Source: the human T2T-CHM13v2.0 reference genome, Homo sapiens. Taken from it: a DNA stretch of 64,000 nt. The notes below the pieces were generated by a model. It saw nothing but the letters and a program-made list of their open reading frames with translations. It had not been told where the DNA came from and made no database searches. Positions 27,701 to 40,366 of this stretch are shown piece by piece. The stretch lies in the NCBI RefSeq assembly GCF_009914755.1, contig NC_060927.1, one strand, 5' to 3'. Numbering within the stretch: the stretch's first letter is position 1; the number at the start of each line of letters is the position of its first letter. The translations under genes and the position numbers were made by a program.

Positions 27701-30700
27701 GAGTTACAAAACTGCTCAATCGAAAGGAAGCTGCAACTCTGCGAGTTGAAAGCACACATCGCAAAGAAGTTGATGAGAATTCTTCTGTCTAGTTTTGTAT
27801 GAAGAAGTCACGTCTCAAACGAAGGCCACAAAGAGGTCCAAATATCCACTTGGAGATTCAACAAAAAGAGTTTTTCAAAACTGCTCCATCAAGAGGAATA
27901 TTCAACTCTGAGAGTTGAGGGCAGGTATCACAAACTAGTTTCCGACAACGCTTCTGTCTAGATTTTATGTGAAGACATTCCCTTTTGTACCACAGGCCTG
28001 AAAGCACTCTAAATATAGAATTGCAAATTCCACAGAAAGAGTGCTTAAAACCGCTCTATCCAAAGAAAGGTTAAACTCTGTCCGCTGAAGGCGCACATCA
28101 CAAAGTAGCTTCAGAGAACAATTATGTCTAGTTTCTCTGTGAAGATATTTTCTCTTCTACATAGGCCTGAAACCGCTCTAAATATTCACTTGGAAACTCT
28201 AGAAAAAGAATATTTCAACACTCTTCTGTCAAAAGGAAGGTTGAACTCTGAGAGTTAAATGCACACATCACAAAGAAGTTTCTGGGAATTCTTCTGTCAA
28301 GGTTTCTATGAAGAAATCCCGTTTCCAATGAAGGCCTCAAAAAAGTCCAAATATTTACTTGCAGATTCTACAAAAAGAGTGTTTCGTAACTGGTCTATCA
28401 AAAGAAAGGTTAAACTCAGTGAGTTGAACCCACACATCACAAAGTAGTTTCTGAGAATCATTCTGTCTAGTTTTCCTACGAAGATATTGCCTTTTCTACC
28501 ATAGGCCTCAAACGGCGCTAAATATCCACCTGGAAATTCTACAAAAACTGAGTTTCAAAAGTGCTCTATTGAAAGGAAGCTTCAACTCTGTGAGTTGAAG
28601 GTACACATCACAAAGAAGTTTCTGAGAATTCTTCTGTCTAGTTGTAAATGAAGAAATCACGTTTCACACGAAGGCCACAAAGAGGTCCAAATATCCACTT
28701 ACAGATTCTACAAAAAGAGTGTCTCAAAACGGCTCCATCAAGAGGAATGTTCAATTCTGTGCGTTGAATGCAAATATCACAAATAAGTTTCTGACAATAC
28801 TTCCGTCTAGTTTTTATGTGAAGATATTTCCTTTCCTACTGTAGGCCTCAAAACGCTCTAAAGAGACACTTGCAAATTCCACAAAAAGAGGGTTTCAAAA
28901 CTGCTCTATCAAAGTAAGTTTAAACTCTGTAAGCTGAATGCAAGCATCACAAAACAGCTTCGGAGAATGAATCTGCCTAGTTTTTCTGTGAAGATATTTC
29001 TTTTTCTGCCATAGACCTCAAACCGCTGTGAAAATCCACTTGGAAATCCTACAAAAAGAGTATGTCAAAACTCTTCTAGCGAAAGGAAGTTTCAACTCCA
29101 TGAGTTAAATGCACATACCACAAATAATTTTCTGAGGATTCTTCTTTGAAGTTTTATATGAAGAAATCCCGTTTCCAAAGATGGCCTCAGAAAAGTCCCA
29201 ATATACCCTTGCAGATTCTACAAAAAGAGTTTTTCAAAACTGCTCTATCCAAAGAAAGGTTAAACTCTGTGAGTTGAAGGCACACATCACAAAGTAGTTT
29301 CTGAGAATCATTCTGTCTAGTTTTTCTATGAAGATATTGCCTTTTCCACCATAGGCCTCAAACGGCGCTAAATATCCACTTGGAAATTCTACAAAAAGAG
29401 AGTTACAAAACTGCTCTATCGAAAGGAAGATGCAACTCTGCGAGTTGAAAGCACACATCGCGAAGAAGTTGATGAGAATTCTTCTGTCTAGTTTTGTATG
29501 AAGAAGTCACGTCTCAAACGAAGGCCACAAAGAGGTCCAAATATCCACTTGGAGATTCAACAAAAAGAGTTTTTCAAAACTGCTCCGTCAAGATTAATAT
29601 TCAACTCTGAGAGTTGAGGGCAGGTATCACAAACAAGTTTCCGACAACGCTTCTGTCTAGATTTTATGTGAAGACATTCCCTTTTGTACCACAGGCCTGA
29701 AAGCACTCTAAATATAGAATTGCAAATTCCACAGAAAGAGTGCTTAAAACCGCTCTATCCAAAGAAAGGTTAAACTCTGTCCGCTGAAGGCGCACATCAC
29801 AAAGTAGCTTCAGAGAACAATTATGTCTAGTTTCTCTGTGAAGATATTTTCTCTTCTACATAGGCCTGAAACCGCTCTAAATATTCACTTGGAAACTCTA
29901 GAAAAAGAATATTTCAACACTCTTCTGTCAAAAGGAAGGTTGAACTCTGAGAGTTAAATGCACACATCACAAAGAAGTTTCTGGGAATTCTTCTGTCAAG
30001 GTTTCTATGAAGAAATCCCGTTTCCAATGAAGGCCTCAAAAAAGTCCAAATATTTACTTGCAGATTCTACAAAAAGAGTGTTTCGTAACTGGTCTATCAA
30101 AAGAAAGGTTAAACTCAGTGAGTTGAACCCACACATCACAAAGTAGTTTCTGAGAATCATTCTGTCTAGTTTTCCTATGAAGATATTGCCTTTTCTACCA
30201 TAGGCCTCAAACGGCGCTAAATATCCACCTGGAAATTCTACAAAAACTGAGTTTCAAAAGTGCTCTTTTGAAAGGAAGCTTCAACTCTGTGAGTTGAAGG
30301 TACACATCACAAAGAAGTTTCTGAGAATTCTTCTGTCTAGTTGTCAATGAAGAAATCACGTTTCACACGAAGGCCACAAAGAGGTCCAAATATCCACTTG
30401 CAGATTCTACAAAAAGAGTGTCTCAAAACGGCTCCATCAAGAGGAATGTTCAACTCTGTGCGGTGAATGCAAATATCACAAATAAGTTTCTGACAATACT
30501 TCCGTCTAGTTTTTATGTGAAGATATTTCCTTTCCTACTGTAGGCCTCAAAACGCTCTAAAGAGACACTTGCAAATTCCACAAAAAGAGGGTTTCAAAAC
30601 TGCTCTATCAAAGTAAGTTTAAACTCTGTAAGCTGAATGCAAGCATCACAAAACAGCTTCGGAGAATGAATCTGCCTAGTTTTTCTGTGAAGATATTTCT

Positions 30701-33400
30701 TTTTCTGCCATAGACCTCAAACCGCTGTGAAAATCCACTTGGAAATCCTACAAAAAGAGTATGTCAAAACTCTTCTAGCGAAAGGAAGTTTCAACTCCAT
30801 GAGTTAAATGCACATACCACAAATTATTTTCTGAGGATTCTTCTTTGAAGTTTTATATGAAGAAATCCCGTTTCCAAAGATGGCCTCAGAAAAGTCCCAA
30901 TATACCCTTGCAGATTCTACAAAAAGAGTTTTTCAAAACTGCTCTATCCAAAGAAAGGTTAAACTCTGTGACTTGAAGGCACACATCACAAAGTAGTTTC
31001 TGAGAATCATTCTGTCTAGTTTTTCTATGAAGATATTGCCTTTTCCACCACAGGCCTCAAACGGCGCTAAATATCCACTTGGAAATTCTACAAAAAGAGA
31101 GTTACAAAACTGCTCTATCGAAAGGAAGCTGCAACTCTGCGAGTTGAAAGCACACATCGCGAAGAAGTTGATGAGAATTCTTCTGTCTAGTTTTGTATGA
31201 AGAAGTCACGTCTCAAACGAAGGCCACAAAGAGGTCCAAATATCCACTTGGAGATTCAACAAAAAGAGTTTTTCAAAACTGCTCCGTCAAGATTAATATT
31301 CAACTCTGAGAGTTGAGGGCAGGTATCACAAACAAGTTTCCGACAACGCTTCTGTCTAGATTTTATGTGAAGACATTCCCTTTTGTACCACAGGCCTGAA
31401 AGCACTCTAAATATAGAATTGCAAATTCCACAGAAAGAGTGCTTAAAACCGCTCTATCCAAAGAAAGGTTAAACTCTGTCCGCTGAAGGCGCACATCACA
31501 AAGTAGCTTCAGAGAACAATTATGTCTAGTTTCTCTGTGAAGATATTTTCTCTTCTACATAGGCCTGAAACCGCTCTAAATATTCACTTGGAAACTCTAG
31601 AAAAAGAATATTTCAACACTCTTCTGTCAAAAGGAAGGTTGAACTCTGAGAGTTAAATGCACACATCACAAAGAAGTTTCTGGGAATTCTTCTGTCAAGG
31701 TTTCTATGAAGAAATCCCGTTTCCAATGAAGGCCTCAAAAAAGTCCAAATATTTACTTGCAGATTCTACAAAAAGAGTGTTTCGTAACTGGTCTATCAAA
31801 AGAAAGGTTAAACTCAGTGAGTTGAACCCACACATCACAAAGTAGTTTCTGAGAATCATTCTGTCTAGTTTTCCTACGAAGATATTGCCTTTTCTACCAT
31901 AGGCCTCAAACGGCGCTAAATATCCACCTGGAAATTCTACAAAAACTGAGTTTCAAAAGTGCTCTTTTGAAAGGAAGCTTCAACTCTGTGAGTTGAAGGT
32001 ACACATCACAAAGAAGTTTCTGAGAATTCTTCTGTCTAGTTGTCAATGAAGAAATCACGTTTCACACGAAGGCCACAAAGAGGTCCAAATATCCACTTGC
32101 AGATTCTACAAAAAGAGTGTCTCAAAACGGCTCCATCAAGAGGAATGTTCAACTCTGTGCGGTGAATGCAAATATCACAAATAAGTTTCTGACAATACTT
32201 CCGCTTAGTTTTTATGTGAAGATATTTCCTTTCCTACTGTAGGCCTCAAAACGCTCTAAAGAGACACTTGCAAATTCCACAAAAAGAGGGTTTCAAAACT
32301 GCTCTATCAAAGTAAGTTTAAACTCTGTAAGCTGAATGCAAGCATCACAAAACAGCTTCGGAGAATGAATCTGCCTAGTTTTTCTGTGAAGATATTTCTT
32401 TTTCTGCCATAGACCTCAAAACGCTGTGAAAATCCACTTGGAAATCCTACAAAAAGAGTATGTCAAAACTCTTCTAGCGAAAGGAAGTTTCAACTCCATG
32501 AGTTAAATGCACATACCACAAATAATTTTCTGAGGATTCTTCTTTGAAGTTTTATATGAAGAAATCCCGTTTCCAAAGATGGCCTCAGAAAAGTCCCAAT
32601 ATACCCTTGCAGATTCTACAAAAAGAGTTTTTCAAAACTGCTCTATCCAAAGAAAGGTTAAACTCTGTGAGTTGAAGGCAAACATCACAAAGTAGTTTCT
32701 GAGAATCATTCTGTCTAGTTTTTCTATGAAGATATTGCCTTTTCCACCACAGGCCTCAAACGGCGCTAAATATCCACTTGGAAATTCTACAAAAAGAGAG
32801 TTACAAAACTGCTCTATCGAAAGGAAGCTGCAACTCTGCGAGTTGAAAGCACACATCGCAAAGAAGTTGATGAGAATTCTTCTGTCTAGTTTTGTATGAA
32901 GAAGTCACGTCTCAAACGAAGGCCACAAAGAGGTCCAAATATCCACTTGGAGATTCAACAAAAAGAGTTTTTCAAAACTGCTCCATCAAGAGGAATATTC
33001 AACTCTGAGAGTTGAGGGCAGGTATCACAAACTAGTTTCCGACAACGCTTCTGTCTAGATTTTATGTGAAGACATTCCCTTTTGTACCACAGGCCTGAAA
33101 GCACTCTAAATATAGAATTGCAAATTCCACAGAAAGAGTGCTTAAAACCGCTCTATCCAAAGAAAGGTTAAACTCTGTCCGCTGAAGGCGCACATCACAA
33201 AGTAGCTTCAGAGAACAATTATGTCTAGTTTCTCTGTGAAGATATTTTCTCTTCTACATAGGCCTGAAACCGCTCTAAATATTCACTTGGAAACTCTAGA
33301 AAAAGAATATTTCAACACTCTTCTGTCAAAAGGAAGGTTGAACTCTGAGAGTTAAATGCACACATCACAAAGAAGTTTCTGGGAATTCTTCTGTCAAGGT
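6800..33400 (-). repeat. Highly homogeneous HOR block (haplotype A)
   Basis: Units share aaagtaagttt, ttctagcgaa, cataccac, gagggcagg, gtgcttaa, gtccgctg, aaactctag and gagttaaatg, and differ at only a few recurring SNPs. Boundaries are approximate. Confidence 0.85.
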
Positions 33401-33479
33401 TTCTATGAAGAAATCCCGTTTCCAATGAAGGCCTCAAAAAAGTCCAAATATTTACTTGCAGATTCTACAAAAAGAGTGT

Positions 33480-36400
33480 TTTGTAACTGGTCTATCAAAA
33501 GAAAGGTTAAACTCAGTGAGTTGAACCCACACATCACAAAGTAGTTTCTGAGAATCATTCTGTCTAGTTTTCCTATGAAGATATTGCCTTTTCTACCATA
33601 GGCCTCAAACGGCGCTAAATATCCCCCTGGAAATTCTACAAAAACTGAGTTTCAGAAGTGCTCTACTGAAAGGAAGCTTCAACTCTGTGAGTTGAAGGTA
33701 CACATCACAAAGAAGTCTCTGAGAATTCTTCTGTCTAGTTGTAAATGAAGAAGTCACGTTTCACACGAAGGCCACAAAGAGGTCCAAATATCCACTTGCA
33801 GATTCTACAAAAAGAGTGTTTCAAAACGGCTCCATCAAGAGGAACGTTCAAATGTGTGCGTTGAATGCAAATATCACAAATAAGTTTCTGACAATACTTC
33901 CGTCTAGTTTTTATGTGAAGATATTTCCTTTCCTACTGTCGGCCTCAAAACGCTCTAAATATACACTTGCAAATTCCACAAAAAGAGGGTTTCAAAACTG
34001 CTCTATCAAAGGAAGTTTAAACTCTGTAAGCTGAATGCAAGCATCACAAAACAGCTTCGGAGAATGAATCTGCCTAGTTTTTCTGTGAAGATATTTCTTT
34101 TTCTGTCATAGACCTCAAACCGCTGTGAAAATCTACTTGGAAATTCTACAAAAAGAGTATGTCAAAACTCTTCTATCGAAAGGAAGTTTCAACTCCATGA
34201 GGTAATTGCACATATCACAAATAATTTTCTGAGGATTCTTCTTTGAAGTTTTATATGAGGAAATCCCGTTTCCAAAGAGGGCCTCAGAAAAGTCCCAATA
34301 TACCCTTGCAGATTCTACAAAAAGAGTTTTTCAAAACTGCTCTATCCAAAGAAAGGTTAAACTCTGTGAGTTGAAGGCACACATCACAAAGTAGTTTCTG
34401 AGAATCATTCTGTCTAGTTTTTGTATGAAGATATTGCCTTTTGCACCATAGGCCTCAAACGGCGCTAAATATCCACTTAGGAATTCTACAAAAAGAGAGT
34501 TACAAAACTGCTCTATCGAAAGGAAGCTGCAACTCTGCGAGTTGAAAGCACACATCGCGAAGAAGTTGATGAGAATTCTTCTGTCTAGTTTTGTAGGAAG
34601 AAGTCACGTCTCAAACGAAGGCCACAAAGATGTCCAAATATCCACTTGGAGATTCAACAAAAAGAGTTTTTCAAAACTTCTCCGTCAAGAGGAATATTCA
34701 ACTCTGAGAGTTGAAGGCAGGTATCACAAAGTAGTTTCCGACAACGCTTCTGTCTAGATTTTATGTGAAGACATTCCCATTTGTACCACAGGCCTGAAAG
34801 CACTCTAAATATAGAATTGCAAATTCCACAGAAAGAGGGTTTAAAACCGCTCTATCCAAAGAAAGGTTCAACTCTGTCAGCTGAAGGCGCACATCACAAA
34901 GTAGCTTCAGAGAACAATTATGTCTAGTTTCTCTGTGAAGATATTTTCTCTTCTACATAGGCCTGAAACCGCTCTAAATATTCACTTGGAAATTCTAGAA
35001 AAAGAATATTTCAACACTCTTCTATCAAAAGGAAGGTTGAACTCTGAGAGGTCAATGCACACATCACAAAGAAGTTTCTGGGAATTCTTCTGTCAAGGTT
35101 TATATGAAGAGATCCCGTTTCCAATGAAGGCCTCAAAAAAGTCCAAATATTTACTTGCAGATTCTACAAAAAGAGTGTTTCATAACTGGTCTATCAAAAG
35201 AAAGGTTAAACTCAGTGAGTTGAACCCACACATCACAAAGTAGTTTCTGAGAATCATTCTGTCTAGTTTTCCTACGAAGATATTGCCTTTTCTACCATAG
35301 GCCTCAAACGGCGCTAAATATCCACCTGGAAATTCTACAAAAACTGAGTTTCAAAAGTGCTCTATTGAAAGGAAGCTTCAACTCTGTGAGTTGAAGGTAC
35401 ACATCACAAAGAAGTTTCTGAGAATTCTTCTGTCTAGTTGTCAATGAACAAATCACGTTTCACACGAAGGCCACAAAGAGGTCCAAATATCCACTTGCAG
35501 ATACTACAAAAAGAGTGTTTCAAAACGGCTCCATCAAGAGGAACGTTCAACTGTGTGCGTTGAATGCAAATATCACAAATAAGTTTCTGACAATACTTCC
35601 GTCTAGTTTTTATGTGAAGATATTTCCTTTCCTACTGTAGGCCTCAAAACGCTCTAAAGAGACACTTGCAAATTCCACAAAAAGAGGGTTTCAAAACTGC
35701 TATATCAAAGGAAGTTTAAACTCTGTAAGCTGAATGCAAGCATCACAAAACAGCTTCGGAGAATGAATCTGCCTAGTTTTTCTGTGAAGATATTTCTTTT
35801 TCTGTCATAGACCTCAAACCGCTGTGAAAATCTACTTGGAAATTCTACCAAAAGAGTATGTCAAAACTCTTCTATCGAAAGGAAGTTTCAACTCCATGAG
35901 TTAAATGCACATATCACAAATAATTTTTTGAGGATTCTTCTTTGAAGTTTTATATGAAGAAATCCCGTTTCCAAAGAGGGCCTCAGAAAAGTCCCAATAT
36001 ACCCTTGCAGATTCTACAAAAAGAGTTTTTCAAAACTGCTCTATCCAAAGAAAGGTTAAACTCTGTGAGTTGAAGGCACACATCACAAAGTAGTTTCTGA
36101 GAATCATTCTGTCTAGTTTTTGTATGAAGATATTGCCTTTTGCACCATAGGCCTCAAACGGCGCTAAATATCCACTTGGGAATTCTACAAAAAGAGAGTT
36201 ACAAAACTGCTCTATCGAAAGAAAGCTGCAACTCTGCGAGTTGAAAGCACACATCGCGAAGTAGTTGATGAGAATTCTTCTGTCTAGTTTTGTAGGAAGA
36301 AGTCACGTCTCAAACGAAGGCCACAAAGAGGTCCAAATATCCACTTGGAGATTCAACAAAAACAGTTTTTCAAAACCGCTCCGTCAAGAGGAATATTCAA

Positions 36401-39400
36401 CTCAGAGAGTTGAAGGCAGGTATCACAAAGTAGTTTCCGACAACGCTTCTGTCTCGATTTTATGTGAAGACATTCCCTTTTGTACCACAGGCCTGAAAGC
36501 ACTCTAAATATAGAATTGCAAATTCCACAAAAAGAGTGTTTAAAACCGCTCTATCCAAAGAAAGGTTCAACTCTGTCAGCTGAAGGCGCACATCACAAAG
36601 TAGCTTCAGAGAACAATTATGTCTAGTTTCTCTGTGAATATATTTTCTCTTCTACATAGGCCTGAAACCGCTCTAAATATTCACTTGGAAATTCTAGAAA
36701 AAGAATATTTCAACACTCTTCTATCAAAAGGAAGGTTGAACTCTGAGAGTTCAATGCACACATCACAAAGAACTTTCTGGGAATTCTTCTGTCAAGGTTT
36801 CTATGAAGAAATCCCGTTTCCAATGAAGGCCTCAAAAAAGTCCAAATATTTACTTGCAGATTCTACAGAAAGAGTGTTTCATAACTGGTCTATCAAAAGA
36901 AAGGTTAAACTCAGTGAGTTGAACCCACACATCACAAAGTAGTTTCTGAGAATCATTGTGTCTAGTTTTCCTACGAAGATATTGCCTTTTCTACCATAGG
37001 CCTCAAACGGCGCTAAATATCCACCTGGAAATTCTACAAAAACTGAGTTTCAAAAGTGCTCTATTGAAAGGAAGCTTCAACTCTGTGAGTTGAAGGTACA
37101 CATCACAAAGAAGTTTCTGAGAATTCTTCTGTCTAGTTGTCAATGAAGAAATCACGTTTCACACGAAGGCCACAAAGAGGTCCAAATATCCACTTGCAGA
37201 TACTACAAAAAGAGTGTTTCAAAACGGCTCCATCAAGAGGAACGTTCAACTGTGTGCGTTGAATGCAAATATCACAAATAAGTTTCTGACAATACTTCCG
37301 TCTAGTTTTTATGTGAAGATATTTCCTTTCCTACTGTAGGCCTCAAAACGCTCTAAAGAGACACTTGCAAATTCCACAAAAAGAGGGTTTCAAAACTGCT
37401 ATATCAAAGGAAGTTTAAACTCTGTAAGCTGAATGCAAGCATCACAAAACAGCTTCGGAGAATGAATCTGCCTAGTTTTTCTGTGAAGATATTTCTTTTT
37501 CTGTCATAGACCTCAAACCGCTGTGAAAATCTACTTGGAAATTCTACCAAAAGAGTATGTCAAAACTCTTCTATCGAAAGGAAGTTTCAACTCCATGAGT
37601 TAAATGCACATATCACAAATAATTTTTTGAGGATTCTTCTTTGAAGTTTTATATGAAGAAATCCCGTTTCCAAAGAGGGCCTCAGAAAAGTCCCAATATA
37701 CCCTTGCAGATTCTACAAAAAGAGTTTTTCAAAACTGCTCTATCCAAAGAAAGGTTAAACTCTGTGAGTTGAAGGCACACATCACAAAGTAGTTTCTGAG
37801 AATCATTCTGTCTAGTTTTTGTATGAAGATATTGCCTTTTGCACCATAGGCCTCAAACGGCGCTAAATATCCACTTGGGAATTCTACAAAAAGAGAGTTA
37901 CAAAACTGCTCTATCGAAAGAAAGCTGCAACTCTGCGAGTTGAAAGCACACATCGCGAAGTAGTTGATGAGAATTCTTCTGTCTAGTTTTGTAGGAAGAA
38001 GTCACGTCTCAAACGAAGGCCACAAAGAGGTCCAAATATCCACTTGGAGATTCAACAAAAACAGTTTTTCAAAACCGCTCCGTCAAGAGGAATATTCAAC
38101 TCAGAGAGTTGAAGGCAGGTATCACAAAGTAGTTTCCGACAACGCTTCTGTCTCGATTTTATGTGAAGACATTCCCTTTTGTACCACAGGCCTGAAAGCA
38201 CTCTAAATATAGAATTGCAAATTCCACAAAAAGAGTGTTTAAAACCGCTCTATCCAAAGAAAGGTTCAACTCTGTCAGCTGAAGGCGCACATCACAAAGT
38301 AGCTTCAGAGAACAATTATGTCTAGTTTCTCTGTGAATATATTTTCTCTTCTACATAGGCCTGAAACCGCTCTAAATATTCACTTGGAAATTCTAGAAAA
38401 AGAATATTTCAACACTCTTCTATCAAAAGGAAGGTTGAACTCTGAGAGTTCAATGCACACATCACAAAGAACTTTCTGGGAATTCTTCTGTCAAGGTTTC
38501 TATGAAGAAATCCCGTTTCCAATGAAGGCCTCAAAAAAGTCCAAATATTTACTTGCAGATTCTACAGAAAGAGTGTTTCATAACTGGTCTATCAAAAGAA
38601 AGGTTAAACTCAGTGAGTTGAACCCACACATCACAAAGTAGTTTCTGAGAATCATTGTGTCTAGTTTTCCTACGAAGATATTGCCTTTTCTACCATAGGC
38701 CTCAAACGGCGCTAAATATCCACCTGGAAATTCTACAAAAACTGAGTTTCAAAAGTGCTCTATTGAAAGGAAGCTTCAACTCTGTGAGTTGAAGGTACAC
38801 ATCACAAAGAAGTTTCTGAGAATTCTTCTGTCTAGTTGTCAATGAAGAAATCACGTTTCACACGAAGGCCACAAAGAGGTCCAAATATCCACTTGCAGAT
38901 ACTACAAAAAGAGTGTTTCAAAACGGCTCCATCAAGAGGAACGTTCAACTGTGTGCGTTGAATGCAAATATCACAAATAAGTTTCTGACAATACTTCCGT
39001 CTAGTTTTTATGTGAAGATATTTCCTTTCCTACTGTAGGCCTCAAAACGCTCTAAATATACACTTGCAAATTCCACCAAAAGGGGGTTTCAAAACTGCTC
39101 TATCAAAGGAAGTTTAAACTCTGTAAGCTGAATGCAAGCATCACAAAACAGCTTCGGAGAATGAATCTGCCTAGTTTTTCTGTGAAGATATTTATTTTTC
39201 AGCCATAGACCTCAAACCGCTGTGAAAATCCACTTGGAAATCCTACAAAAAGAGTATGTCAAAACTCTTCTATCGAAAGGAAGTTTCAACTCCATGAGTT
39301 AAATGCACATATCACAAATAATTTTCTGAGGATTCTTCTTTGAAGTTTTATATGAAGAAATCCCGTTTCCAAAGATGGCCTCAGATAAGTCCCAATATAC

Positions 39401-40340
39401 ACTTGCAGATTCTACAAAAAGAGTCTTTCAAAACTGCTCTATCCAAAGAAAGGTTAAACTCTGTGAGTTGAAGGCACACATCACAAAGTAGTTTCTGAGA
39501 ATCATTCTGTCTAGTTTTTCTATGAAGATATTGCCTTTTCCACCATAGGCCTCAAACGGCGCTAAATATCCACTTGGGAATTCTACAAAAAGAGAGTTAC
39601 AAAACTGCTCTATCGAAAGGAAGCTGCAACTCTGCGAGTTGAAAGCACATATCGCGAAGAAGGTGATGAGAATTCTTCTGTCTACATTTGTAGGAATAAG
39701 TCACGTCTCAAACGAAGGCCACAAAGAGGTCCAAATATCCACTTGGAGATTCCACAAAAAGCGTTTTTCAAAACTGCTCCGTCAAGAGGAATATTCAACT
39801 CTGAGAGTTGAAGGCAGGTATCACAAAGTAGTTTCCGACAACGCTTCTGACTAGATTTTATGTGAAGACATTCCCTTTTGTACCACAGGCCTGAAAGCAC
39901 TCTAAATATAGAATTGCAAATTCCACAAAAAGAGTGTTTAAAACCGCTCTATCCAAAGAAAGGTTCAACTCTGTCAGCTGAAGGCGCACATCACAAAGTA
40001 GCTTCAGAGAACAATTATGTCTAGTTTCTCTGTGAAGATATTTTCTCTTCTACATAGGCCTGAAACCGCTCTAAATATTCACTTGGAAATTCTAGAAAAA
40101 GAATATTTCAACACTCTTCTATCAAAAGGAAGGTTGAACTCTGAGAGTTCAATGCACACATCACAAAGAAGTTTCTGGGAATTCTTCTGTCAAGGTTTCT
40201 ATGGAGAAATCCCGTTTCCAATGAAGGCCTCAAAAAAGTCCAAATATTTACTTGCAGATTCTACAAAAAGAGTGTTTCATAACTGGTCTATCAAAAGAAA
40301 GGTTAAACTCAGTGAGGTGAACCCACACATCACAAAGTAG
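33480..40340 (-). repeat. More divergent HOR block (haplotype B), first copy
   Basis: Switch to aaaggaagttt, ttctatcgaa, catatcac, gaaggcagg, gtttaaaacc, ggttcaac, gtcagctg, aaattctag, ttcataac and ggaacgttc. Confidence 0.85.
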
Positions 40341-40366
40341 TTTCTGAGAATCATTCTGTCTAGTTT
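40324..40366. other. Junction of a 5-mer (half-HOR) structural variant: an M8/M3 hybrid with 850 bp skipped
   Basis: M7-type ctcagtgaggtgaacccac runs through the shared block cacacatcacaaagtagtttctgagaatcattctgtctagtttt into M3-type tctatgaag...ttccaccacagg. Equivalent ORFs at 40017 and 40866 are 849 bp apart instead of 1699. Confidence 0.93.
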
